The notes under the pieces: model-generated | The model's input: only the letters and a program-made list of their open reading frames with translations | Databases searched by the model: none | What the model was told of the DNA's origin: nothing | Translations under genes and position numbers: made by a program | In this document: positions 39,718 to 48,764 of the stretch, one piece after another | Numbering within the stretch: position 1 is the stretch's first letter | How the letters are laid out: the number at the start of each line of letters is the position of its first letter | DNA from: Candidatus Obscuribacterales bacterium | Lineage (GTDB): Bacteria; Cyanobacteriota; Vampirovibrionia; Obscuribacterales; Obscuribacteraceae | Direction of reading: 5' to 3' | Assembly: GCA_965228855.1 (NCBI GenBank) | Contig: CBDDIJ010000005.1 | Location: 288,001-352,000 of the forward strand | Length of the DNA stretch: 64,000 bases

Positions 39718-39777
39718 TCACCCCGGGTGAACCTCGCTAAACCAGAAAAATCCAAAATTGCGCATCGTTTTGCTCAT
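39718..39777 (-). CDS. Phe/Trp-rich attenuator leader peptide 1
   Basis: MSKTMRNFGFFWFSEVHPG* (alternative ATG at 39765); upstream of terminator 1; weak SD. Confidence 0.8.
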   Translation of the reverse strand: MSKTMRNFGFFWFSEVHPG

Positions 39778-39815
39778 ATTGGGGCAGCTCGTGCCCGTGC
39801 GTTTCGTATGGAGCA

Positions 39816-39845
39816 ATCCTATGCGAGGTAGGTAAGAGCCGTCAA
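39816..39845 (-). promoter_or_regulatory. Putative sigma70 promoter for the attenuated DAHP synthase-chorismate mutase transcript
   Basis: Minus strand TTGACG-N18-TAGGAT, about 40 nt upstream of leader 1. Confidence 0.55.
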
Positions 39846-40013
39846 GAGAAATTTGAAGACCTGTATACAATTCCGTAAGAATTCGCAAAAGCGATGTGCA
39901 GTTTAGTCGCAAAAGCAAACAGACCTGGGGGTTTCGGATGTGAAGAATCGCACCGGATCGGCAAATTCGTTCTATATAATAAGAAAGCGTCCCTTCTATT
40001 CATATAAACAGCA

Positions 40014-40490
40014 ATGAACATACTCCTGGCAATCGATGGTTCGACTTTCTCTCATGCCGCTGTGGATGAGGTTCTCAACCGTCCGTGGCAGAGTGACACT
40101 CGGTTCAAAGTGCTAACGGTCGTCGAACCATTCCATCCCGAATACGCAGGTTGGCATGGCAATTACGTGCCCGTCGCCATGGAAGCTCAAAAGGAATTGA
40201 TTGATTCGTCTCAATCTTTAGTGAATCAAATAGCCGCGCAGCTCGGAGAGCGCTTCGCGCCTGAGCAGATTGAGAGCGAGGTAAGAGAGGGTTATATAAA
40301 AGACGTGATCGTAGAGGTGGCCAAAGATTGGCATGCGGACTTGATCATAATGGGATCGCACGGTCGAAAAGGAATAACAAAGTTCTTGCTTGGTAGCGTT
40401 TCCGAAGGAGTGCTGTCAGAGGCACCATGTTCGGTCGAAATCGTCAAAATCAAGACGGAGCAAGAGAAACTCGCCGTTGGAAACGCCTGA
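40014..40490 (+). CDS. Universal stress protein
   Basis: ILLAIDGS, ADLIIMGSHGRKG, LLGSVSE, APCSVEIV. Confidence 0.92.
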   Translation: MNILLAIDGSTFSHAAVDEVLNRPWQSDTRFKVLTVVEPFHPEYAGWHGNYVPVAMEAQKELIDSSQSLVNQIAAQLGERFAPEQIESEVREGYIKDVIVEVAKDWHADLIIMGSHGRKGITKFLLGSVSEGVLSEAPCSVEIVKIKTEQEKLAVGNA

Positions 40491-40512
40491 CAATTAAACG
40501 GCTGCGCCGACA

Positions 40513-40530
40513 TGCTAGACTCCTCGAATG
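40513..40530 (+). promoter_or_regulatory. Putative extended -10 promoter giving a leaderless mRNA
   Basis: TGcTAGACT, then 6 nt, then ATG 40528; no SD. Confidence 0.4.
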
Positions 40531-41889
40531 CAAAAGCTTCCCGTCGAGCAATCATGTTATTGGCTGGCAACGCGCGAAAATTACGTCGCGAGTGCTCCTC
40601 TTAGCGGTTCGCAGAAAGCAGATTACGCAGTTATAGGCGCGGGCTTCACAGGCTTGTGGACCGCGTATTTTTTAAAACAACTCAATCCATCGGCAGACGT
40701 CGTAGTGCTTGAACGTTCTGTCACCGGATATGGTGCCAGCGGGCGTAACGCCGGAATAGTAAGTACCAGTATCGACCACACGCACAACCTCGCCATCGGT
40801 CATTTTGGTCTCAAGGAAGCCGCTCGCCTGGCGAGTCTCGGCTTACAAAATATAGATGAACTCAGCGCGTTTGCAAGAGACTGCGACTTTGAGCGCACCG
40901 GACAATTGCAAGTAGCAATGACCCCTGCGCACATGGAAGAATGCAAGCGGAACTTGGATGTTGCATCCCAGCTCGGCATTCAGGGATATCGGCTTCTCAA
41001 TAAAGAAGAGATCCAACAGGAAGTGAACTCGCCGCTGTACCTGGGCGGATTATTCGTGCCGGGCGGCGGCAACCTCAATCCGATTAAATTGATAGATCGA
41101 TTGAAGGAAGATCTGCTAATTCGCGGTGTTCGCATCCACGAAAACACTCAGGTAGCAAGTCTGGACAATGGCTTAGTCAACTGCCGCGAAGGCAGCGTCA
41201 GAGCTCACAGAATTATTATGGCGACCGACGCCTATTCTCATCACCTGCTCCCGGAGTTGCTGTTTCGCTTCATTCCTCTGTACGACTACATTCTTGTAAG
41301 TGAGCCGTTGAACGATGACCAGAAACGAGCTATACGCTGGCATAATCGACAGGGAATGGTTGATGGCAGAACATTCTTCAATTATTATCGATTGACCGCT
41401 GATGACCGCGTTCTCTGGGGGACGAGCGAAGCGGTTTACTATCCGCCAAACAGAGTCGATGAGAGCTGCGACCATTCGGAAGGACATTACGAAACCCTGA
41501 GAGCCAGCTGGATTCGACATTTCCCGGAGGCGGCAGAGCTTAAGTTTCCATACGCATGGGGCGGGCCAATCGCATCGACGACCCGCCTGACGCCATTCTT
41601 TGGCACCGCATATGGTGACACTGTCGTCTACGGACTCGGCTACACCGGGCATGGTATCGGGACCACTAGAATAGCCGGCAAAATCCTCGCTAACATTGCC
41701 ACATCTAATAGGACAGATCTCTTATCCTTAAAAATGGTGACGGAAAAGCCATTCCCTTATCCGCCTGAACCAATCAGGTCATTATCCGTCAATGCCGTTA
41801 CCGCATCACTAAAGCGAGTGGACATGGGCGAAAGCCCCAACATGCTCCTGCGCATGCTCGACCTCTTCGGAATCGGCTTCTCCAGTTAG
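40528..41889 (+). CDS. FAD-dependent oxidoreductase (PuuB/gamma-glutamylputrescine oxidase-like, DAO family)
   Basis: IGAGFTGLW, GASGRNAG, YYRLTADDR, YAWGG, GYTGHGI. Confidence 0.85.
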   Translation: MQKLPVEQSCYWLATRENYVASAPLSGSQKADYAVIGAGFTGLWTAYFLKQLNPSADVVVLERSVTGYGASGRNAGIVSTSIDHTHNLAIGHFGLKEAARLASLGLQNIDELSAFARDCDFERTGQLQVAMTPAHMEECKRNLDVASQLGIQGYRLLNKEEIQQEVNSPLYLGGLFVPGGGNLNPIKLIDRLKEDLLIRGVRIHENTQVASLDNGLVNCREGSVRAHRIIMATDAYSHHLLPELLFRFIPLYDYILVSEPLNDDQKRAIRWHNRQGMVDGRTFFNYYRLTADDRVLWGTSEAVYYPPNRVDESCDHSEGHYETLRASWIRHFPEAAELKFPYAWGGPIASTTRLTPFFGTAYGDTVVYGLGYTGHGIGTTRIAGKILANIATSNRTDLLSLKMVTEKPFPYPPEPIRSLSVNAVTASLKRVDMGESPNMLLRMLDLFGIGFSS

Positions 41890-41983
41890 CTAGTCCCTCG
41901 CAAACTTTCAAAACGTAAAATCATCGCCGTCCGAGAAAAGTGCTACCAAACACTGGTACGAAGAAGTTAGGAGATGGCGCCAC

Positions 41984-42913
41984 ATGTTGAAACAGCAAAT
42001 AATGATTGCTGCACTTACTCTGAGCGTTGTAGGCGCAGGAGGTACACCCGCGCTCGCGGCGGATAAGACGATGGAAGTGCAATCGGCTGCAGAGCAGGCG
42101 AAAGAAGAAAAGAAAGCGGACAAATTAGCCGCGGAAAACGCCAAGGACAGCGCGAAGCAAGAAGCGAAGGACGCAAAAGCGGATAAAAAGGCTGAGCCGA
42201 CCAAAGGTCAGGTAGAGCACGCGGCGAAGAAGCAAGAGAAAACTGATAAGGCGATGGTTGATGCCGCCAATAAAATTGACGGAGTCGAAATTGATCCCAA
42301 GACATTCGAAGCTGAAAAGAAAGGTTTCAAAGTCGGTGATCTGAATCCCATCAAGTGGGTATTCAAGCCGGTCATCGATATGCAAAAACAAGTCGTCCAC
42401 CTCGAAAAACAGATTATGCGACTTGAGGCTCCAATTGCGTCGTTGCAAAAACCCATGGTCGGTCTGCGAAAAGACATGGTTCAAGTACAAGAACAAATGG
42501 GCTCTCTTCGCGAGGACATTGGCGGCGTGCACGGTCAGATGGGTAGCGTAGACCAACGACTCAGTCGCGTCGAATCGCAACTCAATAAGATGTATGGTCC
42601 AATCGTCTCTCTCAAGGATCCGGTTGTAGAACTCAAGAAGCCGGTTGTCGGAGTCAATTCGGAACTGCTGACACTGAAAAAAGATTTGAAAGAACTCAAG
42701 GAAGTTGTTAGCGTCACCTCGACCCTGATTCTCGTAGCTGTAGTCGCAGTCGGTCTTTTGATTGTTGTTGGTACGCCTATCGCAGCGATGTTCGCATGGC
42801 GACACAGAAGAACAATCATGGAAAAACTCGGCGAAGATACAAGCAACAAGAAAGAGCCTCTGGACGAAACGCCAAAAGAACGCCGCGATGCAGCGGTGAG
42901 TTCAAGGCGATAA
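41984..42913 (+). CDS. Secreted coiled-coil protein with C-terminal TM anchor
   Basis: Signal peptide, K/A/E-rich region, heptad region, TM segment LILVAVVAVGLLIVVG. Confidence 0.75.
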   Translation: MLKQQIMIAALTLSVVGAGGTPALAADKTMEVQSAAEQAKEEKKADKLAAENAKDSAKQEAKDAKADKKAEPTKGQVEHAAKKQEKTDKAMVDAANKIDGVEIDPKTFEAEKKGFKVGDLNPIKWVFKPVIDMQKQVVHLEKQIMRLEAPIASLQKPMVGLRKDMVQVQEQMGSLREDIGGVHGQMGSVDQRLSRVESQLNKMYGPIVSLKDPVVELKKPVVGVNSELLTLKKDLKELKEVVSVTSTLILVAVVAVGLLIVVGTPIAAMFAWRHRRTIMEKLGEDTSNKKEPLDETPKERRDAAVSSRR

Positions 42914-42953
42914 CGAGCCGACTACAAAACTTTGTTCACAGAAAGTTGCCCAC

Positions 42954-42991
42954 AGGAGAACGTCATCAAACTGATGACGTTCTCCTTCTTT
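42954..42991 (+). terminator. Perfect 15-bp hairpin, probable terminator
   Basis: AGGAGAACGTCATCA-AAC-TGATGACGTTCTCCT then TCTTT, about 40 nt after the stop codon. Confidence 0.7.
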
Positions 42992-43385
42992 CAGGTGGAA
43001 CCTCTGCAATTAGCTCCAGAGATGGCGGTACGCAAAGTCAGAAAAGCCTCGCCAGCCTCTTGGTATCACCAACGGTATCAGATAAATATTGGCGGATTTC
43101 CCAATTGCAACCTGTTGAATTAAACTAATCGCGTGAAGAAAGGCATCAATGGTGTTTATTGAATACGCAAGTAGTGGTTACCTTTTAGAAAGTTTCCAGA
43201 AATGGAGGATCGAAAGTTTTAAGGAACAAACAGAACTTTCACCCGTCACTCTCGAAGATTGGCGACTGATGCCTTTATGCACTTGCATGTCGGTATTCAA
43301 ATGACGACCGAAAGATAACAGACATCCCGTTTGGACCGCGCGGATGATCCGGTTTTGCCCTTACCTCAAGTTCAGGAGAAACTTT

Positions 43386-45254
43386 ATGGACAATAACAAA
43401 AGCCGAGAGTCAACACGCGTTCTGCTCGCTTCGCTGACCGCATGTTCGATCACTCTTTTCGCGGCCATGGACGTGAAAGCTGCCAGCAAACGTTTTTATC
43501 ATGGTCGCGTCAGCGCTAGTGTCGCTGCGGCGGATAGTCTTATGATGAAAGGCAAATATGCCGATGCGGCAAAGTACTATCAATCCGCGCTAAAGAAAAA
43601 CCCCAAAGATGTGAACGCAAACATTGGCTATGGAATGGCGCTTGCCAAACAATTCAAGGTCGACGGCGCCGAGGATCAGTTCAACAAAGCATTGAAGCGC
43701 GATCCAAATAATCCGGGCGCTCACGCCGGCAAGGCACTCAACATGCTTAACCGATTGCAATCATCATCCAACACGATAAGGAAAAACCGCGATTCCATTC
43801 TGCGCGAAGCTGAAGCCGAAGCGCAAAAAGCTCTGGATGCCAATCTCGACATTCCCGAATCCCATTACGCTATGGGCATGGTCTACAAAGAGCAAGGTCG
43901 TTTAAATGAAGCAGCCAACGAACTCAAAAAAGCGATCAGCATGGACTCGAAGTATAACGACGGATACACCGGTCTCGGCATGATACAGCTCGCCCAGAAC
44001 AATCCAGGTGCGGCTGCAGCTAATTTCAAACAATCGATACGCTTGAACTCAGGTGACTGGACAGCGCACTACGGACTCGGCCAATCGCTGTTGACTCAAG
44101 GTCAGACAGACGCAGCATTGAAAGAACTGAACATCGCGCAGTATCAGTTTCCAAATAGCTGGCCCGTTCGCCTGGCGCTTGGAAAAGCCTACGAGTCACA
44201 GGGCAACACGGTCGCGGCGGTTCGTGAATATCAAGAATCTATCAGAATCAAGCCGGAAAACCCGGCGGCTTACCTCGGAATAGCAAATGTACGCGAAGTG
44301 CGTGGCGATATCGAACATTCGATTGCGGAACTGCGCTCTGGTCTCGAACTTATGCCGGACAATGCCGATCTCCAGTCACGAATTGGCGATCAGAGTTTGC
44401 GAGTTGAAAAAATCGACGACGCGATCAAAGCGTATCAAGCAGTTCTAAACGCACAACCGGGCAACGCGAGAGCAGCAGATGGGCTGACCACAGCCTATTA
44501 CATGAAGGCGAACAAGGAGACCACCGGCGGTTACTTTGGAGACAACGACTTCGATGACGCTCTGGCAATGCTCGATCGCGCAGTGCAGATGAATCCTAAC
44601 GATATGAAGCTGCGTCTTGCCCAAGCTAAACTTCGCTCGCTTGCAGGCGAGGAAGTTGACCTTGCAGCACTGGGAACTCCACGCAACGATGGCGAGCGGG
44701 TTAGTTACGCCCAAGCGCTGATGGCGCAGAACCGCTTCCAGGAAGCGAATCAAGAGATCCAAACCGTGTTGAACAACACCAACAACCCGAAACAGATTTT
44801 TAGTTTCGCAGATTTGCTCTTGATGGTTCATGACCTCGATAACGCCGAAGCCGCTTATAAGAAAGCAAGTACCACCGCGGGCGGTGCAGAACGAGCGCGG
44901 AGAGGTCTCACGCAGGTTGCTAAAAACCGCGAGAACGCTCGTAAGAGCTTGACTCTGGCAACGGATTTGTCGAGAAAGCACATGACCGGCAGCGCGGTCG
45001 ATACTTTCCACGAAGCCGTGTTCTCAAATCCGAAGTCCGCAGAAGCAAGGATCGGATTGGCAAAGGCGCTTGAAAATGTTTCCAAGCCGACACCGGTTCA
45101 ACTGCGGGAAACCGCGTTTCAGTATCGCGCCTATGTTGCACTATCTCCTGCAATGCCGGAGAAGGAGCAACAAAAATTCCTGTCGAAAGCGACTAAGCTT
45201 GATGACAAAGCTGGAAAGCGAGAGCGAAAAATGGCGAATGCTACAGCCAAATAG
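43386..45254 (+). CDS. Secreted TPR-repeat protein
   Basis: AGGAG SD before ATG 43386; signal peptide; many TPRs. Confidence 0.88.
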   Translation: MDNNKSRESTRVLLASLTACSITLFAAMDVKAASKRFYHGRVSASVAAADSLMMKGKYADAAKYYQSALKKNPKDVNANIGYGMALAKQFKVDGAEDQFNKALKRDPNNPGAHAGKALNMLNRLQSSSNTIRKNRDSILREAEAEAQKALDANLDIPESHYAMGMVYKEQGRLNEAANELKKAISMDSKYNDGYTGLGMIQLAQNNPGAAAANFKQSIRLNSGDWTAHYGLGQSLLTQGQTDAALKELNIAQYQFPNSWPVRLALGKAYESQGNTVAAVREYQESIRIKPENPAAYLGIANVREVRGDIEHSIAELRSGLELMPDNADLQSRIGDQSLRVEKIDDAIKAYQAVLNAQPGNARAADGLTTAYYMKANKETTGGYFGDNDFDDALAMLDRAVQMNPNDMKLRLAQAKLRSLAGEEVDLAALGTPRNDGERVSYAQALMAQNRFQEANQEIQTVLNNTNNPKQIFSFADLLLMVHDLDNAEAAYKKASTTAGGAERARRGLTQVAKNRENARKSLTLATDLSRKHMTGSAVDTFHEAVFSNPKSAEARIGLAKALENVSKPTPVQLRETAFQYRAYVALSPAMPEKEQQKFLSKATKLDDKAGKRERKMANATAK

Positions 45255-45326
45255 TAGTATGCTGCGCGCAGCCCGTTTTGAACTCACCGGCAAAGAGTAG
45301 AACTGCGCGAAGAGAGTCCGGAACTG

Positions 45327-45360
45327 GAAGGCAGGGATCGTGTGCTCCCTGCCTTCGTTT
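45327..45360. terminator. Hairpin between convergent genes
   Basis: GAAGGCAGGGA-N8-TCCCTGCCTTC. Confidence 0.65.
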
Positions 45361-45399
45361 ACAACCTAACGTACCTAGATGCAGACAGGCGGCTGATGT

Positions 45400-46767
45400 C
45401 TAAACGGGAACCGATGCCGCGATCCCTTGTTCCTTATAAACCTGCTGAATCGACTCCTCAAGCGAACTGAGGAATTTATCGATTTGCTCATACGATATCA
45501 CTAGCGGTGGCTCGACCCTGAGCACGCGAGCGTTGATATAGGTTCCGGAAATCAAAATGTTTCTTGCGAATAAGTTCTTTGAGACCTGGTATCCAAGATC
45601 GTTGTTGGTGAATTCCATTCCGAGCATCAGACCGACACCTCGGGCACCTGCAAGCACTTCCGGATACTTCTCAGCGAGCTTGTTCAAGCGAGGTAGCATG
45701 TACTCGCCTTTCTCCCGAGCTTGATCGAGAAGACCTTCTTCGAGCAACACCGAGATCGTCGCGATCGCTGCGGCACATGCCAATGGATTGCCACCAAATG
45801 TAGTGGTATGCAAGAACGGATTCTCAACATATTTCTCCCATGTCTTGGCCGAACCGACGCACGCGCCGATTGGCATGACACCGCCACCGAAGCCCTTTCC
45901 GAGGGCCATCAGATCGGGAACAACGTCGTCGTATTCGCAATAGAACATCTTACCGGTGCGCCCCATTCCGCACTGAATCTCGTCGAAGATCAGCATGGCG
46001 CCGTACTTGTCGCAAAGCTCTCTGGCAGCTTTCAAATAACCGGGAGGGGCGACGTTAATTCCGCCTTCACCTTGAATCGGCTCCACAAGAAACGCGGCCA
46101 CTTTGTCACCGGAGAAGTCATTGCACTCGAGAGTCATTTTGAGCGCTTCAACGTCGCCGAACGGTAAGTGAGTCCAATTCATAAGAGGCAAAAATGGCGC
46201 GCGGAAAACAGCTTTAGAAGTGCCTCCGAGAGATCCCAGACTCTTTCCGTGGAAACCACCTACGGTGCCCACGAAGTGATGCCGGCCAGTCGCCAGCATC
46301 GCCATCTTCAAGCACGCCTCGACGGACTCCGTACCGGAGTTTGTCAGAAAAGAGTATTGCAGATCGCCGGGCGTAATGAGAGCCACGAGACGCGCCAGGT
46401 AGGTTCTCAGAGGGTCAATAAGTTCCTGCGAGTGAATGCACTGCTTTTCCAACTGCTCGCGTACGGCCTTTATGACCTTGGGGTGGCGATGCCCGACGCT
46501 GTAGATACCAAAGCCACCTAGCATGTCGATAAACTCTTTGCCGTTGATGTCGCGAAAGACAGCACCGTCATCTTCCCACTCGACGGCGGTATAGTCAGTA
46601 CTGACAGACTTTCGGTACTGCAAGAAGCCCTCATTAACGTGGTCGCGCCAATACTTAGCGGACTCATCCACGACCTTTTTGCGCTCACCTGGGTCGAGCG
46701 TCTTCTTAGAGATTAGCTCCAGCACATCTTTGGCTTTGTCTTTGGCCTGATTCAAATCTTGAGGCAT
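45400..46767 (-). CDS. patA: Putrescine aminotransferase (class III PLP enzyme)
   Basis: HVNEGFLQYRKSV, LGGFGI, HSQELIDPLR, NSGTESVEA, FDEIQCGMGRTG, LGKGFGGG, HTTTFGGNP, as in PatA/YgjG. Confidence 0.92.
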   Translation of the reverse strand: MPQDLNQAKDKAKDVLELISKKTLDPGERKKVVDESAKYWRDHVNEGFLQYRKSVSTDYTAVEWEDDGAVFRDINGKEFIDMLGGFGIYSVGHRHPKVIKAVREQLEKQCIHSQELIDPLRTYLARLVALITPGDLQYSFLTNSGTESVEACLKMAMLATGRHHFVGTVGGFHGKSLGSLGGTSKAVFRAPFLPLMNWTHLPFGDVEALKMTLECNDFSGDKVAAFLVEPIQGEGGINVAPPGYLKAARELCDKYGAMLIFDEIQCGMGRTGKMFYCEYDDVVPDLMALGKGFGGGVMPIGACVGSAKTWEKYVENPFLHTTTFGGNPLACAAAIATISVLLEEGLLDQAREKGEYMLPRLNKLAEKYPEVLAGARGVGLMLGMEFTNNDLGYQVSKNLFARNILISGTYINARVLRVEPPLVISYEQIDKFLSSLEESIQQVYKEQGIAASVPV

Positions 46768-46953
46768 TATGGTTTTCCGAGTTGAGTAGCAGATATAAAA
46801 CGTATAAAACGAATTTAGAATTCTAACTCTAAATATATAGATTGGGAAACCACATCACCCATTTCCGCCTCTGAACGCCCATCAGTTCACAAAAACATCA
46901 CACCAGGGTTCCCAAGAGGCGATAGTACCGGCGCGAACGGTTTTCCTTCACGC

Positions 46954-46980
46954 AAAAAAGTAAACCGAGCGGTTTACTTC
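46954..46980 (-). terminator. Intrinsic terminator downstream of the 43-aa small ORF
   Basis: Minus strand GAAGTAAACC-GCTC-GGTTTACTTTTTT. Confidence 0.7.
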
Positions 46981-47019
46981 AAAGAAAAGGTAATTGAATT
47001 TTCAAGCCTGGTCGGCGTT

Positions 47020-47151
47020 TTAGTCTTCTTGTTTATCGACGTAGGGCTCGAAAAACACTTTGCGCCCGGCCAAGAAGAAGAATGCCAGGGCAAACCAGCC
47101 GAAGCAAATACCGATGAAAACCCAAGGATTGATAGGTACGAAATCTTCCAT
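47020..47151 (-). CDS. Small single-TM membrane protein (43 aa)
   Basis: My own translation: MEDFVPINPWVFIGICFGWFALAFFFLAGRKVFFEPYVDKQED*; followed by its own terminator. Confidence 0.6.
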   Translation of the reverse strand: MEDFVPINPWVFIGICFGWFALAFFFLAGRKVFFEPYVDKQED

Positions 47152-47417
47152 ATTATTCTTTGTTGCTAACCTTTCCTGCGACGGGAAGCTGCCACTGACT
47201 ATGAAAACACGGTCCGAGTACCTTTATACCCGGAAACACCTTCAGATTATAAACATTTGAGGGGATTCTGTGATCGGCCGCTTTCATTTGTCTTACCCCT
47301 TGTAATATCGGGTGGTCCGGCAATTGGAAAGTGTTACGGCGCTCATGGCAAGCCTCCAAACCTATGATATAAAAGACGGAACCTTTTACCAGAAACAGGA
47401 CCGAGGGGATTTTTTTG

Positions 47418-48764
47418 ATGAACTCTTTAAAAGGGTATGTACCATTATCACTGGCCATTCTGCTCGCAGCGACTGTCCCTGCCGCAAATGCCGGGTCCGC
47501 GCTCGACCCCTACAAACATATACAGCCTGATGCGCCTGCTGCGAAGAAGAAAGGTAAGGATGAGCGCGCAGTCGTTCCGCAGTTCGATGACGCCCAGGCG
47601 AAAACTCAAACATTCACGAACAAATCAATAATTCTTCCGAGCGCCGACTTCGAAGAGAAGAAGCCAGAGAAGAAAGGCTTGCTTGGCATACCAAAAGTCG
47701 GCATGCCCAAAGTCGGGATGCCCAAAATGGGCGGTATCACCGGTGGTCTCAAAGCTGGCGCCGGCGCAATGGTTAGCGGAACCAAAAAGGTTGGTGGCGG
47801 AATCGCCAACGCTTCGAAGGACGCAGCCGGTGCCGTTGGAAGCGGAGTGAAGTCAACCGGCGACAAGCTCGCTGATGCAAAAGACAGCGCTATCAGCAAG
47901 ACCAAGAAACAAAAGAAAGAAAGCCCGAACAAGGTAGCAAGCAAGGCCGGCTCGGTAGACGAACTGTACACCGAAGCCTCTAAAGATGTACTTGCCGCAA
48001 ACAAAGACAAAGCCAAAGCAAAAGCTTCTGAAGGCAAGAAATCCCTCGCCTTTATGCCGAAGTTTGGAAAGAAGAAATCGAAAAAGGAAGCACCGAACGA
48101 CATCAATCTTCGCCCGAGGAGCGGTTTCGAAGCAGCAGCGACCGAGCCTGATGAAGAAGTTATAGCTGAAATCCAGGAAGAAAAAGCCAAACGTATTGCC
48201 GCGAAAAAGGCCAAAGCTGCAAAAGAAAAGTTTGAGCCGATCGTCAATCTTCCGGAAGACAACATAAAGACGACTTCAAATCAGGTCGCCGCCACGCCCG
48301 CACCAACCACCACAGTTAACAAACCAGCCAAGAAATCAAAGTTTGGAATGCCGAGTTTCAAGGCTAGTATGCCATCAATGCCAGGACTGAAGAAAAAGAA
48401 AAAGTCTGATGCACCGAAGCAATCGGTAGCAGCAGCTCCAAAGAAACAAGCTCCAGTTCCGGTTAAAAAAGAGATTGAGGAATCGCAAGTGGCGATCGAT
48501 CCCAACGAATTTTCAGAGGGAGATATCACGGCGGCGAATCAGTTCAATACTGGCGACAAGGAAATAGACAATGCAGTAGCAAAGTCTCCGGCACCACAAG
48601 CGCCAACCAACAAAGTTGCACAAAAACCGGCGAAGAAAAACAAGATCGGCGGAATGAGTTCGGCTATGAAAGGCGGTTTCGACAAGTTCAATTTCTTGAA
48701 CAAGAAGAAAAAGCAGCCGGATCCACAAACTGCCACCAAGGCGGATGCTCCTAAACAAATGTAA
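47418..48764 (+). CDS. Secreted Lys/Ala-rich disordered protein
   Basis: Signal peptide (VPAANA), poly-Lys patches, repeated GMPK motifs; GAGGGG SD. Confidence 0.75.
   Translation: MNSLKGYVPLSLAILLAATVPAANAGSALDPYKHIQPDAPAAKKKGKDERAVVPQFDDAQAKTQTFTNKSIILPSADFEEKKPEKKGLLGIPKVGMPKVGMPKMGGITGGLKAGAGAMVSGTKKVGGGIANASKDAAGAVGSGVKSTGDKLADAKDSAISKTKKQKKESPNKVASKAGSVDELYTEASKDVLAANKDKAKAKASEGKKSLAFMPKFGKKKSKKEAPNDINLRPRSGFEAAATEPDEEVIAEIQEEKAKRIAAKKAKAAKEKFEPIVNLPEDNIKTTSNQVAATPAPTTTVNKPAKKSKFGMPSFKASMPSMPGLKKKKKSDAPKQSVAAAPKKQAPVPVKKEIEESQVAIDPNEFSEGDITAANQFNTGDKEIDNAVAKSPAPQAPTNKVAQKPAKKNKIGGMSSAMKGGFDKFNFLNKKKKQPDPQTATKADAPKQM

Noticed and set aside
39514..39800. T-box riboswitch explanation for the aroF leader
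   Set aside because: No AAGGTGGTACC/UGGNACC T-box bulge in an antiterminator and no Stem I features; the leader-peptide model fits both modules.
39778..39918. 66-aa ORF 39718-39918 as a full protein
   Set aside because: Only the last 19 codons (leader 1) lie downstream of the predicted promoter.
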